Origin: Oscillospiraceae bacterium
GTDB taxonomy: Bacteria > Bacillota > Clostridia > WRLR01
Direction of reading: 5' to 3'
DNA: 64,000 bases
Assembly: GCA_009777515.1 (NCBI GenBank)
Contig: WRLR01000003.1
Span: forward strand, 7,289 to 71,288
Positions within the stretch are counted from its first letter, which is position 1. Every line of letters begins with the position of its first letter. The position numbers were made by a program, and so were the translations under genes. Shown here piece by piece: positions 9,432 to 18,172 of this stretch. Below the pieces are notes generated by a model that did not search any database, was not told the DNA's origin, and worked only from the letters and a program-made list of their open reading frames with translations.

Positions 9432-11486
9432 TTATGCCAGCCCGATGGCGCCCACCGCGCGCGCCACGGCCCTCGTCCCCAAATACACCGAATAATTTCC
9501 TGTGTTAGCCTCGTCAACTACCAATGAACATGAGACGTCAATCTCCCCTTTAGCGCCGCGCCTTACCGCTTCCTCCCTGACGCCGGCGGACGCCTCCTCG
9601 ACAGCAAAGGCTTCTGCTTCCCTGATCGATTTGAATATTAATGTTTCATCCAATCCCGAAACAGTATACCCGGTTATCCCGGCCACACCATAATTCGGCC
9701 TAATGTCCACAGTGTATACCGCGCTTATGCTGCCTGCGATGGCGCCCAGCGCATTGGCTACATCGTAGTGCTTTGGTATCACGGCGGTAGTGCCCAGTAG
9801 CGCGGCGACGTCGTGCAAAAATATATGGATCGGCGCGCCCACGCCCGTCAAGACATAATCCGTAGTAAACGTCGCCGATATGATATCAGGAAAGCTGTCT
9901 TGGCAGCCGGACACAACGTTACAGCCCGCCACGCGGTGCAACGACGCCATTTTGTAGCATTCGTTTATTAGGCGCTCAACGTCCATGCCAATCCCGTCGC
10001 GGCTATAATGGCTCTCCTTGTTTTCCAGTAAAGCTTTTATTATGTTTACATACATTTTTCTCTTAACTTCGTTATATACGCGGTTGCACAAGTCATCTAC
10101 GGACACATCAAGATGCCTCGCCACATAGCTGGCGCCCAATAAAGATGCCTCGGCCGGGAATTTGTTGAAGTCCCCCTTGATATGCATAATATCCGTAGGT
10201 GTGAGCCCGATAACTTGTATAATGCCTTCTTTAATCAACCTGGTAGCATTAAACTTGAAAACGTCCCCGCCGGGGACGCACTCCGCCGCTTCCCGCATAG
10301 ACATTGGGCCGTTGGCTTCCAACGTGCGGCACAGCGTTTTTTCATCATCCGAATATCGCGGATTGCTTTCTATATTTTTTACCAGCATGTAATGCTCGTG
10401 CAGATACTTTAAATGTTTCTTGCCATCTGCCAGCAGTTTTTCCAAGTTTTGCACTATAGTCGAGCATTGCTCGGCAGCGACGCAGAATGGCACGACACGA
10501 TAGTCTTCCAATATTAAATCATTGCCTATGTAATGGACAGCCGAATCTCCCCCAAGCCCGAACGTTTTTATATACAAGCCGCTGACAAATGTTTTCCATT
10601 TGCCGACCTGCACGCCCCCGACCGCCTTTACGGGCACATTCCCGGTTACGAGCGCTATGTCTGTAGTCGTGCCGCCCATGTCAACAACAATGCTGTTTTT
10701 CTGGCCGGAAAGATACACGCTACCCATCACGCTGGCTGCGGGCCCACATAGCAATGTCTCCACGGGCCGGGTGTGGGCGAAGCTGTCCGACATCAAGCTG
10801 CCGTCGCTGCGGACAATATACACGGGGGCGGTGACTTTGCGTTCATCCATCGCTAGTTTAATAGCGGCCAGAAACTCTTGTATCACAGGGAAGAGCCGTG
10901 CATTCAACAGCGTGCTGGCGCCACGACGCAAACTGTTCAATTCGCTGAACAGCTCATGGCCGCACACGACCGGTATATCGTATAATTGTTTGAATATGTC
11001 CCTCGCCTTGCGCTCGACAACCGCGCTGTTCTTCATCGCGTAGATCTCTATGATCCCTACGCCGTCCAGCCCAGTAAATTTATGTCGCGCAGCATCCCGG
11101 AATTTGTCCCAGTCCGGCTCGCGCTCAAAACCGCCGGAAAATGTCGTAAAACTGTCTTGCAAATATATTTCGTCTACAGGCGGCAGCCCGTATTCTTCAC
11201 CATACTTTCGTATGACCCTGTGATCTCCGCCAAAAAATATGAGCGCGGCGCTGCCTCCTTTTTCCTCTACGCACGCGTTTGTGGCAAGCGTCGTTGACAG
11301 TGATATGATTTCAGCCTTTGTCAGGTGTTCCGAGGGGAGCGCGTCAATGGCATTGAGAATACCGACAGAAAGGTCTTCCTTTGTCGTGAGGGCCTTTGTG
11401 GCGCCTAATATTCTCCCGGCATCAAAATCAACTATCACCGCATCCGTATATGTACCGCCTGTGTCTATCCCTATGCCTATCTTAAT
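9432..11486 (-). CDS. hydantoinase/oxoprolinase-family (ASKHA-fold) protein; probable ATT start
   Basis: Hydantoinase_A-type body with DMGGTTTD. The phosphate-1 motif GIDTGGTYTD lies upstream of the track GTG (11438). In that frame only ATT 11486 (AGGTGG 7 nt upstream) or ATA codons are available after the in-frame TGA at 11502..11504. Confidence 0.8.
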   Translation of the reverse strand: MKIGIGIDTGGTYTDAVIVDFDAGRILGATKALTTKEDLSVGILNAIDALPSEHLTKAEIISLSTTLATNACVEEKGGSAALIFFGGDHRVIRKYGEEYGLPPVDEIYLQDSFTTFSGGFEREPDWDKFRDAARHKFTGLDGVGIIEIYAMKNSAVVERKARDIFKQLYDIPVVCGHELFSELNSLRRGASTLLNARLFPVIQEFLAAIKLAMDERKVTAPVYIVRSDGSLMSDSFAHTRPVETLLCGPAASVMGSVYLSGQKNSIVVDMGGTTTDIALVTGNVPVKAVGGVQVGKWKTFVSGLYIKTFGLGGDSAVHYIGNDLILEDYRVVPFCVAAEQCSTIVQNLEKLLADGKKHLKYLHEHYMLVKNIESNPRYSDDEKTLCRTLEANGPMSMREAAECVPGGDVFKFNATRLIKEGIIQVIGLTPTDIMHIKGDFNKFPAEASLLGASYVARHLDVSVDDLCNRVYNEVKRKMYVNIIKALLENKESHYSRDGIGMDVERLINECYKMASLHRVAGCNVVSGCQDSFPDIISATFTTDYVLTGVGAPIHIFLHDVAALLGTTAVIPKHYDVANALGAIAGSISAVYTVDIRPNYGVAGITGYTVSGLDETLIFKSIREAEAFAVEEASAGVREEAVRRGAKGEIDVSCSLVVDEANTGNYSVYLGTRAVARAVGAIGLA

Positions 11487-11917
11487 ATAAACACCACCTA
11501 TTCATTGGTTGATCGCAAAATAATCTCCATATTAATAAATGGAGCTTCACGGTGCGTAACCGTGAGCTAAAATAATACAGATGCTTACATAATATCATTA
11601 AATTATACTATGATCATATATTCATATATCAACAAACCTATTACTTACGGTTTACTTACTGTTTTACGCGTGTTTTGTTATAATGGAGCATGTTTAAAAT
11701 GTTTAGGTGATTTTGCGATATTATTGACGATTTATAGATAATATTAGACGTTTATTTGGCAATTTGCTGTATTTATGGATAATAATTTATAGATATATGG
11801 CTATATGACACTATGTGCTATATTATGTTATATCTGTAATAATATGTAGGCAGGGGCATATAGGATTCACCGGCAGCTTTTGTCATCGCTCGAAAGATGA
11901 TTTGATGGAGCGCATAA

Positions 11918-12439
11918 ATGGAACAAGTAACGTTAGTTTTTGAATATACGCAAAATGAATATGTAAAAGCAGAACGGCAATATTTGATTGCAAATAAAAC
12001 AATTCGAAAATATGATCCAATTATTCTTGTAATCATTTTACTGATCAATGCATGTTATCTTTTTCTCCCTGCATTCAGTGCTTCCAGCAATATTTTTAGC
12101 ATTATATTTTTTGTATTATTAATGATTGTATTAATAATCGGAAGTTATATATATTTTTTAATGCCCATCCTCAAATTCAAGCATACATCCAAATACTATG
12201 AAAAATATACTTTGATTTTCACAAATGAGGGAATAAATTTCAAAACCCCGAGCGTTGATTCCAATTTGCAATGGGCCATATATTCCGAAATTTGGGAAAA
12301 CGACGATTTTTATTACTTGATACAAGCCCCGCGTATTTATACTCTCATACCGAAAAGGACGTTTAATACCACTGCGGATAGACAGTATTTTGAAGACTGC
12401 TGCCTGTCAAACATACAAAAACCAAAAAGAGTGCTATAG
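11918..12439 (+). CDS. YcxB-like small membrane protein (hypothetical)
   Basis: 173 aa with two central TM helices, GGAG RBS 8 nt upstream, in a ~1-kb AT-rich islet. Confidence 0.6.
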   Translation: MEQVTLVFEYTQNEYVKAERQYLIANKTIRKYDPIILVIILLINACYLFLPAFSASSNIFSIIFFVLLMIVLIIGSYIYFLMPILKFKHTSKYYEKYTLIFTNEGINFKTPSVDSNLQWAIYSEIWENDDFYYLIQAPRIYTLIPKRTFNTTADRQYFEDCCLSNIQKPKRVL

Positions 12440-12484
12440 TCAAATTTGATATGCCGAAACAGATAGATTATAAGGGGTACTACT

Positions 12485-13555
12485 ATGTATAAATCGCTTG
12501 TTGAACGAAAGAATAAATGGCTTCGCTTTTTGGGGGATGTAAGCAATGAGCGTACCATGTATTTAATAGAAGCGGACTGGGGAACGAAAAACACGGTCGC
12601 CAGGCCCCTGCCTTGGCCCGGGCTAGTCGATGAGCGCATCGAATGGGCATATGAAAGTTACAATATGCAAATGGAACAGATGGAATGGTTGCCTGACGAT
12701 AGGATACCGTACCTTTCCCCATACACGGGCACGCAAATATTCGCGGAAGCCTTCGGATGTAAAGTGCATTATCCTTCAAATGATATGCCGTTCGCCATCC
12801 CCATGTTTGGCAGCATTTCAAAGGCCGCATCGATCAACGTTCCCAACGTGCACGACACGCCGCTGTCCAGCTTGTTCGAGATAGGCCGGCGCCTGCGGCA
12901 GAAAGCCGGCCCGGACGATATATTACAACTGCCCGACGTGCAAAGCCCGCTGGATATTGCCGCGCTTATGTTGAACAAGGAAGAGTTTTATGTGGCGATG
13001 CTTGAAGAGCCACAGGCAGTGCATGAAATGGTACTTAAAACGAAAATGCTGTTGACGGCTTTTTTTGACGAATGGTTCAACGAATTCGGAACGAATTGTA
13101 TCGCCCATTTTCCTTCATATTATATGGAAGGCGGTATAACCCTTTCTGAAGACGAAGTGGGGGCCTTTAGCCCGAATATGTTCAACGAGTTTGTACTCGG
13201 CGCCATTAACGATTTGTCAGACAGATATGGCGGCATCGGCATCCACTGCTGCGCCGACTCCGAGCATCAGTGGGAAAATTTTAATAAAGTTAAGAATCTC
13301 CGCCTGCTTAACCTCTGTAATAAATATGATTTAATCGAGCGCTCAATTATATTTTTTGGGAACACAATAGCGCAGTGGCCGATGGCGGATCGGCTGCCAC
13401 CGCCGGGGCAAAATCCCGCATGGCTTTCGACATGCCCCGCAGACGCCCGCGTGGTGCTAACGTACAAAGCGTCGGACCGAATCGCTGCCCTGGAGACGGC
13501 CAAAAGAGCGGAAGAACTCGCCTGGAAAAGGAACACGGCTGCCGCATCAAATTAA
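12485..13555 (+). CDS. uroporphyrinogen-decarboxylase (URO-D)-like family protein
   Basis: 356 aa with AAGGGG RBS. Overall resemblance to URO-D/MtaA-type TIM barrels (PYTGTQIFAEAFG, DVQSPLDIAALM). The call is by eye only. Confidence 0.65.
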   Translation: MYKSLVERKNKWLRFLGDVSNERTMYLIEADWGTKNTVARPLPWPGLVDERIEWAYESYNMQMEQMEWLPDDRIPYLSPYTGTQIFAEAFGCKVHYPSNDMPFAIPMFGSISKAASINVPNVHDTPLSSLFEIGRRLRQKAGPDDILQLPDVQSPLDIAALMLNKEEFYVAMLEEPQAVHEMVLKTKMLLTAFFDEWFNEFGTNCIAHFPSYYMEGGITLSEDEVGAFSPNMFNEFVLGAINDLSDRYGGIGIHCCADSEHQWENFNKVKNLRLLNLCNKYDLIERSIIFFGNTIAQWPMADRLPPPGQNPAWLSTCPADARVVLTYKASDRIAALETAKRAEELAWKRNTAAASN

Positions 13556-13857
13556 GTGGATGCAGGATCGCCGCAAATGAACCGCATGCGAATGACGATG
13601 GCCCCGTAACCGCATATAAAATTATTTATTCGCATTATTGAGAATACGGATTCATATTTTGCGTATTTTGAGTCACCGTCTATGTTTTTTCCCTGATTCC
13701 GCTTGAAATTTGCTATAAATATTATTAAAATAATTAAAACTCTGCGTGATGCATTTACAATTATGAATTAAAGCGATATACTAATCATTAAATTATATAT
13801 GATCATTATTTGATCAATTATACAAACGCGATAAAATCATAAAGGAGAAGAGTTGTT

Positions 13858-14079
13858 ATGCCAAGAGGAAGAGCCAAAAAACCGGAAAGCTTTGAAGACG
13901 AAATTGCGGCGCTGGACAAGCAAATCGATGAGTTGACAGAAAAACTCAAGGTGCTCAAAGCGACAAGAAAGGCGCGCGTCAAAGAAGAAAATGAAAACAA
14001 GGACGCAAACAAATGGGAGCAGATCCGCAATTCCGGCTTCAGCGCTGATCAAATACTGGACATGGTAAACAAAAAGTAA
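13858..14079 (+). CDS. small charged coiled-coil protein (hypothetical)
   Basis: 73 aa, GGAG RBS, heptad-like EIAALDKQIDELTEKLKVLK. GC hairpin TGTGGGG-cttg-CCCCACA downstream (14124..14141). Confidence 0.6.
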   Translation: MPRGRAKKPESFEDEIAALDKQIDELTEKLKVLKATRKARVKEENENKDANKWEQIRNSGFSADQILDMVNKK

Positions 14080-14237
14080 TTATGAGATAAAATCAAATTG
14101 TTTTTTGATTATTAGCATTGGTGTGTGGGGCTTGCCCCACATCAGTTAGTTCATATTAATTATATATAAACGATATATAAACGCGGTTCCGCAGGCAGGT
14201 ATCTGTCATCGGCGCCGTTTTTTTATGAAAAAAAGTA

Positions 14238-14266
14238 TTGACAAGCACGAATGTATGTAGTATATT
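14238..14266 (+). promoter_or_regulatory. sigma-A type promoter of the XRE-ImmA-polymerase cassette
   Basis: TTGACA (14238..14243), 17-nt spacer, TATATT (14261..14266). Confidence 0.6.
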
Positions 14267-14271
14267 CATGG

Positions 14272-14285
14272 CGAATGTTGATTCG
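14272..14285. promoter_or_regulatory. candidate operator palindrome just downstream of the -10 box
   Basis: CGAAT-GTTG-ATTCG inverted repeat. It resembles, but does not match, the Gram-positive LexA box CGAAC-N4-GTTCG. Confidence 0.35.
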
Positions 14286-14319
14286 TGTTCGTCGAATAAA
14301 CTACTACGGGGGAAAAAGA

Positions 14320-14736
14320 ATGCTTTTTGGAGAAAAGTTGAAGCAGCTCCGGCTGGCAAACGGATTTACACAAGAAAAGGCTGCGGGCGCGCTGGGCGTT
14401 ACGGTGCGCGCGTACCAAAACTATGAGGCGTGCCGCGTGTACCCAAAAAACACGGCCATATTCGGCAAGGCCGCCGCCATGTTTAGCGTGACCGCAGACT
14501 ACCTACTGTCCGACGAAGATCGTTACATCATGGACGCGTCGGAGAGGGGCGGCCCCAGGGCGCGCAAGGACGTCGCAGAGCTCGTGACGGAACTCGGCGG
14601 CTTTTTTGCCGGGGGCGAATTCTCCGAGGAAGACAAGGACAAGGTAATGAAGACCATCAACGACCTTTATTGGAACGCCAAGGAATCCAATAAAAAGTAC
14701 ACGCCGGAGAGGTTTCGGCGTACGGCTTCCGAATAG
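14320..14736 (+). CDS. XRE-family HTH transcriptional regulator
   Basis: MLFGEKLKQLRLANGFTQEKAAGALGVTVRAYQNYE is a classic Cro/C1 HTH. ATG 14320 is in frame with the longer track ORF. Confidence 0.85.
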   Translation: MLFGEKLKQLRLANGFTQEKAAGALGVTVRAYQNYEACRVYPKNTAIFGKAAAMFSVTADYLLSDEDRYIMDASERGGPRARKDVAELVTELGGFFAGGEFSEEDKDKVMKTINDLYWNAKESNKKYTPERFRRTASE

Positions 14737-14763
14737 CGACGGCGCCCACAGCGGGGGTTTAAT

Positions 14764-15267
14764 GTGAACGAGAATATTATCAGAAGGGCGCGGCGGCTCG
14801 CCCGCCAGTGCGAAACCAACGACCCTTTCCGGATCGCGCGGGAGGCCGGGGCGGAAGTGTTTTTCCGCGACCTGGGCAAACTTAAAGGGATGTACGCTTG
14901 CATAAAGCGCAACCGCTACATCGTGATCAACCAGCATATGGGCATATGGCTGCAGAAGCTCGTCTGCGCGCACGAGCTGGGCCACGACCAGTTTCACAGG
15001 GAGCTGGCGACAAACCGGTGGATGCATGAGTTTATGCTCTATAACATGAACCAGCGCCCCGAGTACGAGGCCAATGTCTTTGCGGCGGAGCTGCTCCTGC
15101 GCGATATGGACATCATCGAGCTGTCGGACAGCGGCCTCGACATCGAGCAAATCGCCCGCTCCATGTACGCCGACGTCAACCTGGTGGCGCTCAAGCTGGG
15201 CCTGCTTTCGCAGCGGGGGTATCGGTTCAGGCAGTTCGATTATAAGACCAATTTTTTGAAGGTGTGA
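14764..15267 (+). CDS. ImmA/IrrE-family metallopeptidase (COG2856)
   Basis: HEXXH motif (AHELGHDQFH) plus downstream E, immediately after an XRE gene. Confidence 0.85.
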   Translation: MNENIIRRARRLARQCETNDPFRIAREAGAEVFFRDLGKLKGMYACIKRNRYIVINQHMGIWLQKLVCAHELGHDQFHRELATNRWMHEFMLYNMNQRPEYEANVFAAELLLRDMDIIELSDSGLDIEQIARSMYADVNLVALKLGLLSQRGYRFRQFDYKTNFLKV

Positions 15268-15316
15268 CTGTGACTGTTCATCCATAAACCAATTTTTTTG
15301 AAAGCGTGACTGTTCA
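15248..15316. repeat. ~30-nt direct repeat bridging the ImmA stop and the polymerase start
   Basis: ccaattttttgaaggtgtgactg(tgactg)ttca at 15248..15280 and ccaatttttttgaaagcgtgactgttca at 15289..15316. Confidence 0.8.
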
Positions 15317-15318
15317 AC

Positions 15319-16620
15319 ATGGAGCAACGGGTCGTCGCCCACAGCGACTTAAATTGTTATTACGCCTCGGTGGAAATGCTGCGCAACCCGCGTCTGCGCG
15401 ACGTGCCTATGGCCGTCTGCGGCCGCAGGGAGGAGCGCCACGGCATAGTGCTCGCCGCCAACTATCCCGCAAAGCGCAAGGGCGTCAAGACGGGCATGGC
15501 GAACTGGGAGGCGCGGCGCCTGTGCCCCGGCATGTACACGGTCCCGCCCCACTATGACGACTATATCCAGTTCAGCGGCTTTGTGCGCGATCTATACGCC
15601 GACTACACGGACAGGATAGAGCCGTTCGGCCTCGATGAGTCCTGGCTGGATTTCACGGGCTGCGTCCCCTCGTTCAAGGCCGGCGAAAAGCTCATCCTTG
15701 AAATTCGGGAGCGGGTCAAGCGGGAACTCGGCGTGACGGTGTCGATCGGGCTGTCCGACAACAAGGTGTTCTCAAAGCTGGGCAGCGACATGAACAAGCC
15801 CGACGCCTGTACCCCTATCCCGCGCGAGCGCTTCAAGGAGATCGTGTGGCCGCTGCCTGTCGGCAGCCTCCTCTACGTCGGCAGGGCGACAGAGGTAAAG
15901 CTGCGCCGCCGCTTCATCGAGACAATCGGCGATTTGGCCAACACCGATCCCGAGAACCTGCACCGCTGGTTCGGGAAAGTGGGGCTCATCCTCCACGCAT
16001 TCGCCAACGGCGAGGATCAGTCAATGGTCGCGCCGACCGGCTTTGAGGCGCCGATCAAAAGCATCGGGAACAGCCACACCTGCCCGCGCGACCTCTGCAA
16101 CGACAACGACGCGAAAATCATGATCTACGCCATGTCGGAGAGCGTAGGCGCGCGGCTCATGGAGCTGGGGTTCTACGCCACGACGGTCGAGCTGTTTTTT
16201 ATCAACAACGACATGACCGCCTGTTGGACCAAGCGGCGCAGGCTCCCCGTCCCCACGAACATCTCCGGGGAGATCGCGGAAGCGGCCTTCCGGCTTTTTA
16301 CCAGGACATACGGACACTGGCCTATGCCCCTGCGCAAGATCGGCGTCCGGGGCTGCGACTTGATCAACGACACCTCGCCGCGCCAGACCACTGTTTTTGC
16401 TGATGCACAAAAGATGACGGGAAAAGAGGACCTGGAGCGCGCAATCAATATACTGCGCGCCAGATACGGCAACAAGTGCATCCAAAGGGCAATCATGTTC
16501 ACGGACGGCGAGCTGTCCGGGGTGGACGCAAAAAAGGATCACACCATCCACCCGACGGGTGTGTTTAATGGAGGGATGACGGTATCATGGGGCGGTTATA
16601 CGACTACGATTATGCAATAA
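15319..16620 (+). CDS. Y-family (DinB/UmuC-like) translesion DNA polymerase
   Basis: N-terminus HSDLNCYYASVE, LDESWLD and SIGLSDNKVFSKLGSD motifs of the Y-family palm/fingers. Confidence 0.9.
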   Translation: MEQRVVAHSDLNCYYASVEMLRNPRLRDVPMAVCGRREERHGIVLAANYPAKRKGVKTGMANWEARRLCPGMYTVPPHYDDYIQFSGFVRDLYADYTDRIEPFGLDESWLDFTGCVPSFKAGEKLILEIRERVKRELGVTVSIGLSDNKVFSKLGSDMNKPDACTPIPRERFKEIVWPLPVGSLLYVGRATEVKLRRRFIETIGDLANTDPENLHRWFGKVGLILHAFANGEDQSMVAPTGFEAPIKSIGNSHTCPRDLCNDNDAKIMIYAMSESVGARLMELGFYATTVELFFINNDMTACWTKRRRLPVPTNISGEIAEAAFRLFTRTYGHWPMPLRKIGVRGCDLINDTSPRQTTVFADAQKMTGKEDLERAINILRARYGNKCIQRAIMFTDGELSGVDAKKDHTIHPTGVFNGGMTVSWGGYTTTIMQ

Positions 16621-17015
16621 GGATACCATTGACAATGATCCAGCTCACGGAGCGCGACGGCAGGGCCTACCCGCTCGCCTTTGACTGGGTGGACGACGAG
16701 GGCGCCACGGCCCACGTGAAGATCGATAAGGTCTACTCCTACACGCCCTGCGCGGAGCAAAAGAGCGGCGTGGTCGGCGACCGCTACGAGTGCCTGATCG
16801 GCGGGCAGCGCGAGTACCTGTATTATTCCATCGTCGCGCCGCGCAAGTGGTTCAAGCTAAAGCCCGTAACCGAGGACGAGTACAAGGAGTATTACCGGCT
16901 GCCGGGCGAGGGCGTCAAGGAGCCGAAGCTACGCCGCCCGAGGGGCATAAAGATCGCAGAAGACCCTGCCGCCTACGGCGCGGACATGGACGGCGCCGCG
17001 CCCGCCCTGCAATGA
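16587..17015 (+). CDS. hypothetical protein downstream of the Y-family polymerase (possible accessory factor)
   Basis: 142-aa ORF overlapping the polymerase stop; alternative ATG at 16635. No motif recognised, and it does not look YolD-like. Confidence 0.55.
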   Translation: MGRLYDYDYAIRIPLTMIQLTERDGRAYPLAFDWVDDEGATAHVKIDKVYSYTPCAEQKSGVVGDRYECLIGGQREYLYYSIVAPRKWFKLKPVTEDEYKEYYRLPGEGVKEPKLRRPRGIKIAEDPAAYGADMDGAAPALQ

Positions 17016-17090
17016 TCGTGCATTCCCAGCATTCTCCCGCCGGGCGCCGTGTCCGGGTGTAATCTTGCGTTGTGCAATCAACCGTACGTT

Positions 17091-18026
17091 TTACTTACGT
17101 TTTATGGGCGCCCAGATGTCCATTTCGGGCCATGACGCCACTTCGAAACGCTTGTCGTCATATACTTCGTACGCCACCCCATGGGCCGCGCTTTCCCATT
17201 CGCCGGAGCGCCCCAGCCACTGGAACAGCTCGTCGTAGCCCGGCGTGAGCGCCTTGGTCGTAATGGTTTCGATGTCCGGCGCGGAAAAAGTGACGCAAAC
17301 GTAGTCTCCGGCTGGAATCACATAACTGCGCAGCGTATCGGGCAGCGGGGGGGCGGCGGCAGTGGTGGAGGCAGTGGAGGCGGTAGTAGTGGAGGCAGTG
17401 GCGGAGGCGGGCGCGGGCGCTTTCGCCTGATCGCCCATCATATAGGTGAATTCCCCGGTTTCCGGGGCATACTCGGCGCAGATGCCAAAGCGCATGGTTG
17501 GTTCTACATGGTTTGGTATCATCGCCGGCACGTCGTCTCCGAAAAAGTTTTCAATAAGCTTCCTTATGGAGGGCATATGCTCCGGGCTTCCATACTTGAT
17601 GCGGACGCCTCGGCCAATAACGAAAATATCCTTTGCAATATTGATGACGTTTATAATATATTCGGTTTTTTTATCCATAATATCCACAAATCTCCCTTTT
17701 GCAATTTGATTTTCCAGTGACTCCAGTTCCGCTTCGATGCGGGCAAGTACGCGCTGCTGACCGCGTATCGCGCCAAGATGCCGATGGATGCCGTCACCCC
17801 ATTGCCCCCTCGGCAATTCGGCCAGTACCTTTATATCGGACAGGGGCATATGCAGCGCGCGCAGAAACATGATTAGCTTCATCTTGTCATATTCCGCCTG
17901 TCCGTAATTATAGTACCCGTTCGCGGGGTCAACCCCTGCGGGCGTCAATAATCCAACATCATGATAATGGCGCAGGAGTTTTTTAGAAACCCGGAACAAC
18001 CCAGAAAACTGGCCGGATGTATACAT
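17091..18026 (-). CDS. MerR-family regulator with GyrI-like effector-binding domain
   Basis: N-terminal MerR HTH (FSGLFRVSKKLLRHYHDVGLLTP), coiled-coil linker and GyrI-like C-terminus interrupted by an Ala/Thr/Ser run. GGAGGTGGG RBS. Confidence 0.85.
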   Translation of the reverse strand: MYTSGQFSGLFRVSKKLLRHYHDVGLLTPAGVDPANGYYNYGQAEYDKMKLIMFLRALHMPLSDIKVLAELPRGQWGDGIHRHLGAIRGQQRVLARIEAELESLENQIAKGRFVDIMDKKTEYIINVINIAKDIFVIGRGVRIKYGSPEHMPSIRKLIENFFGDDVPAMIPNHVEPTMRFGICAEYAPETGEFTYMMGDQAKAPAPASATASTTTASTASTTAAAPPLPDTLRSYVIPAGDYVCVTFSAPDIETITTKALTPGYDELFQWLGRSGEWESAAHGVAYEVYDDKRFEVASWPEMDIWAPIKRK

Positions 18027-18172
18027 TGTCCCACCTCCGTAATCATCATATACTGCGCCCCAAGGGCGCGGTCAAGTGTTTTTTGTTATACATTTTTTTG
18101 CGAAAAATTTTTTGCAAAAAATTACGGGCGCAAAATAATGTATAATATGGATAATGAGGGAGGGCTGTCATT

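Noticed and set aside
14200-15320. LexA (Cheo) box GAAC-N4-GTTC controlling the Y-family polymerase; also looked at 18027..18172
   Set aside because: No match was found. Only the CGAAT-N4-ATTCG palindrome is present, so LexA control is not claimed.
14503-15342. 279-aa minus-strand ORF
   Set aside because: It is antisense to the XRE and ImmA genes, which have unambiguous HTH and HEXXH motifs. It is a shadow ORF.
18112-18146. Sigma-A promoter for the SRAP gene
   Set aside because: A TATAAT is present at 18141..18146, but the nearest -35-like hexamer (TTGCAA) is 23 nt away. It is left as part of the MerR-operator hypothesis rather than called as a feature.
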